The notes under the pieces were generated by a model, which did no database searches, was not told the DNA's origin, and saw only the letters and a program-made list of their open reading frames with translations. Below are positions 18,085 through 27,384 of a DNA stretch of 64,000 nucleotides, in pieces. The stretch is taken from contig JBOEGD010000004.1 of NCBI GenBank assembly GCA_050633245.1, forward strand, positions 1 to 64,000, given 5' to 3'. How positions within the stretch are numbered: the first letter of the stretch is position 1; each line of letters starts with the position of its first letter. Source of the stretch: Calditrichia bacterium (lineage in GTDB: Bacteria; Calditrichota; Calditrichia; RBG-13-44-9; J075). Made by a program: the position numbers and the translations under genes.

Positions 18085-20328
18085 ATGAAATACTTTTACC
18101 TGGCAAGTCTACTGCTACTCTACACCAGCCTATTTGCACAGGAACTATTCGTTCAGGATGAACCCTACGCCATATCTGCTACCGATCGATTGACCGATTT
18201 TGATGCCACCAGTTATTTGAAAGATTTGCGTACGACCGATCCGGCGAAATACCAACGTTTGCTGGATCAGGAAAACGATCGCCGTGTATTCAATGCCGCG
18301 CACAAGACGCAGCAATTCTTTTGGGCATTAAACCTGGAAGATTTGAGCGATCCGATCTTTTATCAAATTACCGCTACGCTACGCTCAAGTTCGATGAATG
18401 ACAGCCTGCGAATTTGGGTCGATGATGAGAGTTGGAACGCTGGTTATGTTGATGCTTCCACTTTATCTGCTTTAACAACCGGCTTATTAACGGCAACTCC
18501 ACAGGGAAGCATTGATTCTTCCAGTGGTATTCTTAAAATAACGGAACAAGTTTTCGGCGTGCGTCCCAATAAGGGTGGGGACGGCTTTTTGAATATTCTG
18601 ATTCTTGATATCCAGGATACCTTCGATCCTGAGAGCGCCAACCGCGCATTTGTAGGGGGATACTTCTTTCCTTTCGATCAGTCAGATTTTGATATGAGTA
18701 ATCAGCAAGACCTACTCTATCTGGATTCATTTCCCGGAATCTTTTCGCCAATCACTCAGGAGTTGAGAACAGAATCGGTTCTTGCGACAACCGCTCATGA
18801 GGTTCAGCATCTGATTCACTTTACCTATGATTCAGATGAGAATACCTGGCTGAATGAATCAATGTCTGAGCTGGCTTCCTTTCTGTGTGGCTATAGCCCT
18901 GGTAGTCCCGCTCTTTATCTTGCAGAACCGGGGCGCAGTTTAATCTCCTGGAATAATGAGGTTTGGGACTACAGCCGAGTAGGCCTTTGGGGCGTCTATC
19001 TGTATGAGCAATTCGGCCTCGAATTTATTACTGCTGTAACCCAGGATGCCCGATCGAGCTTAATCTCTCTGGAAAACTTATTGGCAAGCAGAAGCTCTGG
19101 TTTTGAAACCACGTTCAGGAATTTTGCGATAGCGAACATTCTAAATGATGCAGCATCGGATAGTCGCTTTGGATATCAGGACAATGCATATTCAGGGTTG
19201 AGGGCAACTACCAATGATGTCGTTTCATCATTTCCGGCCCTACTGTCGACAAACTATGACGATTACGGAGTAGCTTATTATCGGATGCAGGGAAGTGATC
19301 TATTTACTCTTTCCCTCTCCCAGTCGATTGACATAGGCTACTTAATAAGAAATACCGGCAGCGGCGTCGAGTTAATACCAATCAATGGAGATACCCTCTC
19401 ATATTCTCAATTCAACAGCGACGATGAGTTTTATGTTATGTTGTCTGGCAGCACGGCGAGGAATCTGAATATTTGCGCCTATGCTTCCCGCTCATTTGAT
19501 GGCAGGGAAGACGTATACGATTCCGGACAAATTGATTTGCGCATCAACGGCGCTGTCCAGATCGCAAATCGATTTGTATTACCGGCAGGTGGGTTCGATC
19601 TTCGTGAGATCGAATTTCAAAATACAACCTCCGGTCAGTTTACCATTCGATTTCAGCGCGATAGCAACGGAGTTCCCGGTGGTGTAATCGCCTCTATAAT
19701 TGATACTTCTTTGCAGAGTGGGCAGTCTGTCATAAGAATTCAACCACCGGCATCCGTTGTCAATTCACTTATTCCGGGGCAGCCATTTTATGTGAGCATC
19801 AACGCGAACGCTGCAGACTTTGCTTATGCTTATAGTGATGGTGATTTAAGTAATGGCAACAGTTTTATTTACCGAAATCCTGCTGAAGGTTGGCAAAACC
19901 TCTCCAACTTTCAAATAGACGGAGAGCGATTGCAGGGAAATTGGATGATCCGAGCGTTTTATGATGGTGAGTTAATTGCATCAGGAAACCCAACTTGCGC
20001 TGCGGAATCATTCTCCGGTGAATTGAGGCTGACCAATGTGTTTCCAAACCCAACGGCGAGTGGCATTACCGTAAGCACCGAATTTAGCGGTGCCGGCACG
20101 CTTCGCCTGACGCTTTACAATATGCTGGGACAGGAAGTCAGCAATTTTCAGCAGATATATAATGGTGTTGGCAAAATTCTTTCGGTTTCATGGCCAAATG
20201 CTGCTAAAAAAACCGTTGATGAATCATTCGCTCCGGGTATCTATTTTATTCGTGGAGAGTTTACGGACGCTGAAACAGGTAAGACGACTTATTCCAACAC
20301 ACAAAAAATAATAATTCTAAAGAATTAG
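18085..20328 (+). CDS. Secreted zincin metallopeptidase (M30/hyicolysin-like) with a divergent C-terminal sorting domain
   Basis: [19 protein letters not shown] (HExxH), WLNESMSE; [20 protein letters not shown]. Confidence 0.75.
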   Translation: MKYFYLASLLLLYTSLFAQELFVQDEPYAISATDRLTDFDATSYLKDLRTTDPAKYQRLLDQENDRRVFNAAHKTQQFFWALNLEDLSDPIFYQITATLRSSSMNDSLRIWVDDESWNAGYVDASTLSALTTGLLTATPQGSIDSSSGILKITEQVFGVRPNKGGDGFLNILILDIQDTFDPESANRAFVGGYFFPFDQSDFDMSNQQDLLYLDSFPGIFSPITQELRTESVLATTAHEVQHLIHFTYDSDENTWLNESMSELASFLCGYSPGSPALYLAEPGRSLISWNNEVWDYSRVGLWGVYLYEQFGLEFITAVTQDARSSLISLENLLASRSSGFETTFRNFAIANILNDAASDSRFGYQDNAYSGLRATTNDVVSSFPALLSTNYDDYGVAYYRMQGSDLFTLSLSQSIDIGYLIRNTGSGVELIPINGDTLSYSQFNSDDEFYVMLSGSTARNLNICAYASRSFDGREDVYDSGQIDLRINGAVQIANRFVLPAGGFDLREIEFQNTTSGQFTIRFQRDSNGVPGGVIASIIDTSLQSGQSVIRIQPPASVVNSLIPGQPFYVSINANAADFAYAYSDGDLSNGNSFIYRNPAEGWQNLSNFQIDGERLQGNWMIRAFYDGELIASGNPTCAAESFSGELRLTNVFPNPTASGITVSTEFSGAGTLRLTLYNMLGQEVSNFQQIYNGVGKILSVSWPNAAKKTVDESFAPGIYFIRGEFTDAETGKTTYSNTQKIIILKN

Positions 20329-20371
20329 AACGGAATCCGAACGCGATTCAAATCCAAGAAGGAAGAAACAG

Positions 20372-20983
20372 ATGCAGTTCCCGCAGAAATTTTATCGTTG
20401 GCGTCCACACCCATGGCACGGATTGTCGGTGGGCGAAAACGCACCAGAAATTGTAACATCGTATATTGAAATTACCCCATTTGACTATGTTAAATATGAA
20501 GTAGATAAAGCTACCGGTTATATGATGGTCGATCGCCCACAACGCAGTTCTTCACAGCCCCCGGCGCTGTATGGATTTATTCCCAAAACCTATTGTGGTG
20601 ATCGAATCCAGGCACTTTCACCGAGTTCGGAAAAAGGTGACGGCGACCCATTGGATATTTGTGTCTTAAGCGAACGTCCGATTAACCGGGTAGAGATTCT
20701 GCTTAATGCGCGGGTAGTTGGTGGTTTGCAGATGGTTGACAATGGCGAGGCAGATGATAAGATTATTGCTGTTTTGCAGAATGATAATATTTATCGCAGT
20801 GCCAAAGATATTACAGACTTACCCGAGGTTTTGATAGAACGTTTACGCCATTATTTCAGTACATATAAACTGATCCCGGGTAAAAAAGAAACCACGCGGA
20901 TAGAACAGATCTATGGTGCTGATCATGCCCATGAGGTTATCCGCGCGGCAATGAAAGACTATGATGATGAATACGGTGGCTAA
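20372..20983 (+). CDS. ppa: Soluble inorganic pyrophosphatase (family I)
   Basis: [41 protein letters not shown]. Confidence 0.95.
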   Translation: MQFPQKFYRWRPHPWHGLSVGENAPEIVTSYIEITPFDYVKYEVDKATGYMMVDRPQRSSSQPPALYGFIPKTYCGDRIQALSPSSEKGDGDPLDICVLSERPINRVEILLNARVVGGLQMVDNGEADDKIIAVLQNDNIYRSAKDITDLPEVLIERLRHYFSTYKLIPGKKETTRIEQIYGADHAHEVIRAAMKDYDDEYGG

Positions 20984-20990
20984 TTGAACA

Positions 20991-21025
20991 CTCTGCTGCT
21001 CGTAATAAGGGCAGCAGAGGTTTTT
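20991..21025 (+). terminator. Rho-independent terminator
   Basis: ctctgctgc...gcagcagag followed by T5. Confidence 0.75.
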
Positions 21026-21030
21026 CCAGC

Positions 21031-21372
21031 CTACTCGGCCTTTTTTTCCAACCGCCCAACAAGAAAATGATAAATTAGCAAACCAGTGCCTGCAAAAGTC
21101 GCAACAAGGCCGGTTAAACCAGGTTCATCAAGCTCATGTCTGAATTCATTTCCGATCAGAAATGCCAGACCAACACTTACCAAAACCATGCCCCACTTTA
21201 AGGCATTCGCTGAGTCGTTAACCTTACTTCTTGCGGTAAATAATTCCAAATTTCCTTCTGCATCGCCGCGTTCGATCATAATACGCTTTAAACGATTATC
21301 GGATACAACCCGAACAATGGTAACAAGGGCGTAGAACATAACCGGAACAATTACAATCTCTGATGAAAACAT
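21031..21372 (-). CDS. Small 3-TM membrane protein (DUF6249-like, often ECF-sigma associated)
   Basis: N-terminal TM, MIERG, LKWGMVLVSVGLA, FAGTGLLIYH; CAGGAG SD. Confidence 0.75.
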   Translation of the reverse strand: MFSSEIVIVPVMFYALVTIVRVVSDNRLKRIMIERGDAEGNLELFTARSKVNDSANALKWGMVLVSVGLAFLIGNEFRHELDEPGLTGLVATFAGTGLLIYHFLVGRLEKKAE

Positions 21373-21417
21373 AATTAATTCTCCTGAATGTGTGTTTTTT
21401 GACTCGCATTACCCACT

Positions 21418-21444
21418 AGACAGACGACATTGTAAAAGGTTGCA
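21418..21444 (-). promoter_or_regulatory. Putative ECF sigma promoter TGCAAC-N17-GTCT for the DUF6249-like gene
   Basis: Minus strand gTGCAACCTTTtacaatgtcgtctGTCT; same layout as 22595-22621. Confidence 0.7.
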
Positions 21445-21591
21445 CAATTTTTTCTCATTCGTATCCTGTCTTGAACGGCATATGGTTTCATCTTATATTA
21501 GAAATAACTAATTCTTTAAATCACTGCATATTTTTGGACGATGTTTGTTCCGATACTACAATCTAGTGTAGATCGAAAAGACGAGGATATT

Positions 21592-22593
21592 ATGGCGCAG
21601 AACCAACCGATACGGATTCTGTACATGGAAGACGATCATGGACTTGCACTTTTGTTTCGAAAGAAGCTCGAGCCTTTGGGCTATGATATCGAAATTGCAC
21701 AAAACGGTAGCGATGGTATTAAACTGGCAAAGAAGAATACCTATGATATAATGGTTGTCGATTTTAACATGCCCGGCTACAATGGGCTTGAGGTTATCCA
21801 AATGCTTTCGGCCGATGGTCTTTTACTACCGACTATCATGCTAACCGCTGCAGGCAGCGAGGAAGTTGCCGTTGAGGCATTAAAATGGGGGGCAACAGAT
21901 TATGTTGCCAAGGGGCCTGGCTATTTGGAAAGACTTCCCGTTGTTATTAAGCAAACCCTGTTGCATACCAGCATGCTGCAGGAAAAGCTTGCTGCCGAGG
22001 AGGCGCTCTTCGAAAGTGAGGCAACTAACCGAGCTTTGGTAACGGCAATGCCCGACTTTATCATGCAAATAAGCAAAGATGGAAAAGTGCTGAGCGCGAA
22101 TGAGGCAACGGAAGGCATTTTTCACTTTCCTGAATTGCTTGAAGGAAAGTCTTTAATAGATATTTATCCAAAGGAGCAGGTTGAAACCCTCTTTAGTATT
22201 ATTCAGCAGACGATTCGTACAGGCATTGCACAAAACCACGAGTTCAGCATTGAGGTAAAAAACGAAACCTTCTATTACGAGAACAGAATTGCCCCCTGTG
22301 GGGAAGAGAAGGTGCTCTCTGTCGTGCGAGATATTACTGCCCGGGTTAGAGCGGCACAGGAAAAAGAATGGCTATTGCAGGAGTTTCAGGATGCTCTGGC
22401 CAGAATCAAAACCCTGAATGGGCTTATTCCGATATGCGCAACATGCAAAAAAGTTCGCGATGATAAAGGATATTGGAATCGTATTGAAGAATATATTACA
22501 ACGCACTCTGAAGCTGAATTTAGTCATGGCGTTTGTCCGGGATGTATGGAAGAGCTATACTCTGAACACATGACCAAGAATAAAAAGTCCTGA
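21592..22593 (+). CDS. Response regulator: REC-PAS plus C-terminal Cys/His-rich domain
   Basis: ILYMEDD, DFNMPG, ATDYVAK; PAS (MPDFI..SVVRDIT); LIPICATCKKVRDDKGYW..FSHGVCPGC. GAGG SD; track start 21541. Confidence 0.85.
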   Translation: MAQNQPIRILYMEDDHGLALLFRKKLEPLGYDIEIAQNGSDGIKLAKKNTYDIMVVDFNMPGYNGLEVIQMLSADGLLLPTIMLTAAGSEEVAVEALKWGATDYVAKGPGYLERLPVVIKQTLLHTSMLQEKLAAEEALFESEATNRALVTAMPDFIMQISKDGKVLSANEATEGIFHFPELLEGKSLIDIYPKEQVETLFSIIQQTIRTGIAQNHEFSIEVKNETFYYENRIAPCGEEKVLSVVRDITARVRAAQEKEWLLQEFQDALARIKTLNGLIPICATCKKVRDDKGYWNRIEEYITTHSEAEFSHGVCPGCMEELYSEHMTKNKKS

Positions 22594-22594
22594 G

Positions 22595-22621
22595 TGCAAC
22601 CTTTCGACTTTTCACCGGTCT
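22595..22621 (+). promoter_or_regulatory. Putative autoregulated ECF sigma promoter TGCAAC-N17-GTCT
   Basis: gTGCAACCTTTcgacttttcaccgGTCT about 35 bp before the sigma ATG. Confidence 0.7.
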
Positions 22622-22654
22622 TGTTAATAAACAGCAGATGGATTGCAGAGGCCG

Positions 22655-23248
22655 ATGGACGCGGAAAAACAACTTGTACAGTCAATTCTTGATGGAAACA
22701 GGCATGCTTTTAGAGAGCTGATTAGCTCCTATGAGCGTTTGGTTGCTCATATGGTATATCGTATGGTTACCAATCAGAATGATCGTGAGGATATTTGCCA
22801 GGATGTTTTTGTTAAGGTCTATCAAAACCTCTCGAAATTTCAATTTAAATCGAAACTCTCTACGTGGATTGCCAGGATTGCTTATAATACCACGCTGAAC
22901 TATTTGGAGAAAAAGCGCGTTGCTCTTTACGATGATCTTGGTGCGCGAGACAAAACGATTTCAAGCGGTGGACAGTTCGAATCCTATGATCAGCACTATG
23001 CCTCGGCTGAACTCTCTCCGGAAGAAACGCTGCTTGAAACCGAAGTATCTCTGCAGCTTCATGCGCAGATAGAACGTTTACCTATTTTATTCAGAACGGT
23101 TCTAACGCTGTTCCACTTGGATCAGCTTGGATATAGAGACATCTCGGAAATAATGAATTTACCGGAAGGCACGGTAAAAAGTTATCTTTTTCGTGCCAGA
23201 AAGCGGTTGAAGGAGCTGCTGCTCGAAGAGCAGGGCGCTAAAATATAA
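22655..23248 (+). CDS. ECF RNA polymerase sigma factor (SigW/RpoE-like)
   Basis: EDICQDVFVKVY, STWIARIAYN, YRDISEIMNLPEGTVKSYLFRARKRL. Track start 22643. Confidence 0.95.
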   Translation: MDAEKQLVQSILDGNRHAFRELISSYERLVAHMVYRMVTNQNDREDICQDVFVKVYQNLSKFQFKSKLSTWIARIAYNTTLNYLEKKRVALYDDLGARDKTISSGGQFESYDQHYASAELSPEETLLETEVSLQLHAQIERLPILFRTVLTLFHLDQLGYRDISEIMNLPEGTVKSYLFRARKRLKELLLEEQGAKI

Positions 23249-23280
23249 CAGCATGTTTGCAGCATACGGAGACACAAAAC

Positions 23281-23757
23281 ATGACAAACTACAGCGATAA
23301 AGACATTCAAGCCTACCTTGATGGTAGTAGCGAGATTGATCGAAAAGCCTTTGAAATAGCTCTTTCTGAAGATAGTTTGCTGAAGAAGCGCTATGAGAAC
23401 TATTCGTTGTTATACGGACAGTTGGCCGACGACAAAGGATTTATGCTTTCTGCCAGCTTTGCTGATAATGTTATGACCCAGATTTCCGGCAGCGATTCGA
23501 CCGACTTTGAAGTCAGTGATACGACGCTGATAATTCTTGCAACATTGGTAAGTTTCGGTACTCTCATCTATTTGTTTTTTCCTGAGATCTCGAACAGCAC
23601 ACTCTTAGCAGATTCTTTTGGGAATTTAACAAGCGGGTTTTCCAAACTACCGTCTTCTACCGGATTGTCTTTCAATCTGATTTTTATTACATTTCTCGTT
23701 TTAGCGGGTGTCGCGGCGATGGATAAACTTATTGTGGAGTGGCGCAGCAAGTTTTAG
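23281..23757 (+). CDS. Putative membrane-anchored anti-sigma factor
   Basis: Directly after the sigma gene; IQAYLDG..., SASFADNVM; 2 C-terminal TM. Confidence 0.7.
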   Translation: MTNYSDKDIQAYLDGSSEIDRKAFEIALSEDSLLKKRYENYSLLYGQLADDKGFMLSASFADNVMTQISGSDSTDFEVSDTTLIILATLVSFGTLIYLFFPEISNSTLLADSFGNLTSGFSKLPSSTGLSFNLIFITFLVLAGVAAMDKLIVEWRSKF

Positions 23758-23772
23758 TGGTTTGTTCCAATC

Positions 23773-24891
23773 TTATTCATCGTCATCTCCGGTTAACCAG
23801 TTCCAGAGAGTGCGCGCGCCTTCTTCTTGTTTAGCTTCCCTTTCCCTTTGGTTTAACAACCAATGCCAAAATGAACCTCCCTCATCGCGTTTGCGCATTT
23901 TTTCCCACTCGCGATAAACGCTGCGTTTAGAAATTCCGATCGGCCCCTCAAAAATTCCTCCACCCTGGAAACCGTCGTAGACCTTTACGCTTATCGTGTT
24001 TTCACCACCGGGATCCAGTAAATCGGCTGGAACAAAATACGCGCGAACCTCCTGCCAGTAGTCGCCAAGGTCATTGCGATTACCGGGATTATCAACATCG
24101 CCGGTGCGGCCGATTCGCTCTCCATTTACATAGGTTTCATCAAGATCATCGATTTTACCCAGTAACAATACAAGCTTTTCATCGGCCAGTTCGCGTGGCA
24201 TATAAAACGTTGTTCGATACCAGGCATAACCATTGTAATCCTGATATCCCTGATTTTCCCAATTACCGGGAACCACGATGTCTGTCCACTCACTGTCGTC
24301 GAGATTTCTGGCATGCCATTCGATGTTGTCGCCAATGCGAAACTTCCAGCTGCCGGCAAGCTCTATAGCGACATCCATTCCATCCATTCGTTCATAGATG
24401 CCAATCTGATTGCCGGTAATACCGCCTTCCAGTTGTGAATCATAAACGCGGATTGCAATTACGTTCTCTTCTTCGAGATTAAAAAAGGGGGTTGGAATCA
24501 TGTATTCGCGGAAATGATTGTAGGCGGTCTGAAAGTTTGGTGGGAAGCCGCCGCTACCACCAACTCGTCTTCCATTAAGAAATACCTCATCGACATCGTC
24601 AATTTGTCCCAAGCGAAGCAAAAGTAAACTCGCGTCTGTTTGCTTTTCCAGCCTGAAAGAGGTTCGATACCAGGCATAGCCGTCGTAACTCGGAAAACCT
24701 TCATCTTCCCAAAAAGACGGCACGAATATTTTGTCCCAACCGCTGTCATCATAATCGGCATTTGCCCATTCCGCATCGTCACCAATTTCAAACTTCCAGC
24801 GTCCACGCAAATCGAGCAGGCGCCTGGTTTCAGCTGCCAGAGTCTCTGAGAGCGTAGAGAAGGTGATAAGTATAATTAAAGCCTTAATCAT
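23773..24891 (-). CDS. Secreted protein with two tandem beta-galactosidase-type jelly-roll (sugar-binding) domains and no catalytic domain
   Basis: Two repeats of L.G.WKF.IGD..W...D.DDS.W..I.VP..WE..G..Y.GYAWYR.F...LG.IDD.DE...NG; signal peptide. Confidence 0.8.
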   Translation of the reverse strand: MIKALIILITFSTLSETLAAETRRLLDLRGRWKFEIGDDAEWANADYDDSGWDKIFVPSFWEDEGFPSYDGYAWYRTSFRLEKQTDASLLLLRLGQIDDVDEVFLNGRRVGGSGGFPPNFQTAYNHFREYMIPTPFFNLEEENVIAIRVYDSQLEGGITGNQIGIYERMDGMDVAIELAGSWKFRIGDNIEWHARNLDDSEWTDIVVPGNWENQGYQDYNGYAWYRTTFYMPRELADEKLVLLLGKIDDLDETYVNGERIGRTGDVDNPGNRNDLGDYWQEVRAYFVPADLLDPGGENTISVKVYDGFQGGGIFEGPIGISKRSVYREWEKMRKRDEGGSFWHWLLNQREREAKQEEGARTLWNWLTGDDDE

Positions 24892-24904
24892 GATTTTTCC
24901 TTTT

Positions 24905-25585
24905 CTATGGAATTAGTTTGTAACCAATTCCATGAACGGTAATAATGTGACGCGGATGTGCCGGGTCTTTTTCCACGCGTTTCCGCAGCTTTAGAATAAA
25001 GTTGTCTACCGTGCGGGTTGTGGGAAAATCTTCATATCCCCAAACGTCGTTGAGCAGTTTATCTCTGCTGATCGTTTGGTTTTGATGCTGCCACAGAAAC
25101 TTTAATATTTCTACTTCCTTATGAGACATAGGTTCTGGTCTACCACCGATTTCGGCATCGTAGGTGTCGAAATGGACGGTGAGGTTGCCGATCGTTATGG
25201 AACTGTCATTTTTGCCGGATGGTACCTTGCGTCTTAGCACGGCTTTAATTCTGGCCAGTAACTCGCGCAAACCAAAAGGCTTTGTCATATAATCATCAGC
25301 ACCTAATTCCAGGCCGAGAACCTTATCAATTTCTTCTCCCTTTGCAGTCAGCATAATAACCGGGGTGCTGATTCCTTTGGCACGGCTTTGCTTGCAGACA
25401 TCGAACCCGGACATACCGGGCATCATAACGTCCAGCAAGATGAGGTCATAGGAGTCAGTGAGAATCTTCTCGAGCCCACTGCTCCCATCAGGTGCGGTGT
25501 CGACTTCGTAGCCTTCGAATGAGAGATTGTCGCCAAGCCCCATACGCATTTGTTCATCATCTTCTACAATTAGAATCTTAATCAT
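24905..25585 (-). CDS. OmpR-family response regulator
   Basis: KILIVEDD, LDVMMPG, GADDYMTKPF, RTVDNFILKLRK, TVHGIGYK; start overlaps the kinase stop. Confidence 0.95.
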   Translation of the reverse strand: MIKILIVEDDEQMRMGLGDNLSFEGYEVDTAPDGSSGLEKILTDSYDLILLDVMMPGMSGFDVCKQSRAKGISTPVIMLTAKGEEIDKVLGLELGADDYMTKPFGLRELLARIKAVLRRKVPSGKNDSSITIGNLTVHFDTYDAEIGGRPEPMSHKEVEILKFLWQHQNQTISRDKLLNDVWGYEDFPTTRTVDNFILKLRKRVEKDPAHPRHIITVHGIGYKLIP

Positions 25586-27143
25586 TTGAGTCTCCGCTCG
25601 GGAATCGTATTTCGAAGCGCGTGCCATTATTAAGTTTACTGGTGACGTTCATCTCGGCATTGTGAGCGTCTACGATATGTTTTACCAGACTTAGCCCCAA
25701 TCCGCTACCCCTGGTTGTGTGAATAAGATCGTTTGGTACGCGGTAAAACTTATCAAAAATATGTTTTAGGTTCTCCTGCGATATACCTACGCCACGATCA
25801 CTGATAGAAAGTTCAACATGGCCGTTTTCCGCGGTCGTTGAAATATTGATTTGCTTCTCATCTTCGCTGTATTTGATTGAGTTGTCAAGCAGGTTGATAA
25901 GCAGCTGCTTTAAGGCTTCATTATCGCCGCTAATTATCGGCAGCTTCTCAGCCAGTTTGGTATGGAGCTCGAAGCCGGCATTTTTCAGATGATATTGATA
26001 GGTCTCGATAACTTCGCTAACCACGCTGTTGAGTTCTGTGGGCTCGCTGTTGTACGTTTTCTTTCCTGCTTCCATGCGAGAAAAATTCAGAATATTGTCT
26101 ACCAAATGGCTAAGTCGTTCAGTTTCCCGGCCAATTATGTTTAAGTAATGTGCCTTTTTTTCTTCTGTGTTCACTCTGTTTAACTGTAGCGTTTCGGTAA
26201 ACATACGAATTAGAGCAAGCGGCGTTCTCAGTTCATGTGAAATATTTGATACAAAGTCTGCCTTAATGCGAGCAAGTTCAATTTCCCTGCGAATAGCGCT
26301 GTAGACGACCCATGCGCCTGCCATTGCAAAAAGAGCGAGAACGGAAATGATTAGTAGATTTTCACGAGTCCGGGTGCGAACGATATCTGCAATTGTTTCG
26401 CCCTGTAGACCTATTCCCAAATAGATATCGGGGAAAACCCACATTTCTTTTCTTTCGCTGATTTCAACATCGCCTTTTTCAGGTAAAATATTATAGCGCT
26501 TTTTATCTGAGATAACTTCCAGATACAGATTGTGTCCTGCCAACTCGGCAAGCTTCGGATTGAGAACGGTAGTAATAAATCCCGGCGCATTCAATCGCAT
26601 ACCTGCCACACTATATGAAGAGTCTCCATTAGTTCGCGGCAGGCGAAACAGCAGCACCACGGTGCTGGAATCTGCAATGCCTTCAGTTTGCAAGATTAGA
26701 GGTTCAAGTTTTAAATAGTTTTGATCCTGGTAACGTTCCAACCGCTGAAGCAGATCGTGCTTCTTTTTGATGGTTTGAGCAAATGCATTTTTGCTTGCAG
26801 TACTGTCTTCGGGAAGCTGTGTATAGGCAAGCGTCTTCTGATTCGTATCGTTATAGAAAAAAATGCCATCGACTGTCGAGGTACTCTCGAGGAACGCAGC
26901 AATGTCCTCGTCCGACTTTCCGTCAAGCTGCTCTACTTTTTGTCGCAGGCTATTTGCCGATTCCCAGGCATATTGATTTACCGAAAACAGAATCGATTCC
27001 AGTTGACGTAGGTAGATGTCTTGTAGTAACTGATCGCGCTCATTGCTCGACTGCACCTCTTTTACCGTATATACGATGACGGGAACGAGAACCACGAGAA
27101 GCAGAATGATGCCTATACGAGTTAATGTTGAGAAGCGATTCAT
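25578..27143 (-). CDS. Sensor histidine kinase (2 TM)
   Basis: FVSNISHELRTPL, NLLDNSIKYS, DRGVGI, FDKFYRV, GSGLGLS. Confidence 0.95.
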   Translation of the reverse strand: MNRFSTLTRIGIILLLVVLVPVIVYTVKEVQSSNERDQLLQDIYLRQLESILFSVNQYAWESANSLRQKVEQLDGKSDEDIAAFLESTSTVDGIFFYNDTNQKTLAYTQLPEDSTASKNAFAQTIKKKHDLLQRLERYQDQNYLKLEPLILQTEGIADSSTVVLLFRLPRTNGDSSYSVAGMRLNAPGFITTVLNPKLAELAGHNLYLEVISDKKRYNILPEKGDVEISERKEMWVFPDIYLGIGLQGETIADIVRTRTRENLLIISVLALFAMAGAWVVYSAIRREIELARIKADFVSNISHELRTPLALIRMFTETLQLNRVNTEEKKAHYLNIIGRETERLSHLVDNILNFSRMEAGKKTYNSEPTELNSVVSEVIETYQYHLKNAGFELHTKLAEKLPIISGDNEALKQLLINLLDNSIKYSEDEKQINISTTAENGHVELSISDRGVGISQENLKHIFDKFYRVPNDLIHTTRGSGLGLSLVKHIVDAHNAEMNVTSKLNNGTRFEIRFPSGDSND

Positions 27144-27195
27144 TTACCATTCGTCCTTTCTGTTAAAATAATATAGAGTTGCCTCTAATATCCAA

Positions 27196-27230
27196 AGTTA
27201 ATTCCTGTAATAGAATGTAAAATAATGTCA
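27196..27230 (-). promoter_or_regulatory. 10-bp-periodic direct repeats (TGACA/TTACA/TTACA on the minus strand), candidate OmpR-type binding site
   Basis: TGTAA at 27206 and 27216, TGTCA at 27226, upstream of the kinase. Confidence 0.5.
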
Positions 27231-27384
27231 CCAAAAGCGCAGAAAGGGCGATTTATCGCGCGAGATTCCTTAAAGTTCCCGCTCGGCGAACCCGTTTATG
27301 ATACTACATAAAACGAACTTCCGGAAGTGGATTGACATATGTGTATCCACCAGCCGGAGTTGCAATGATCAAAAGGAGTTGAGA

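Noticed and set aside
21476-21492. Sigma54 promoter before the REC-PAS gene (CGGCATATGGTTTCA)
   Set aside because: The invariant -12 GC is missing.
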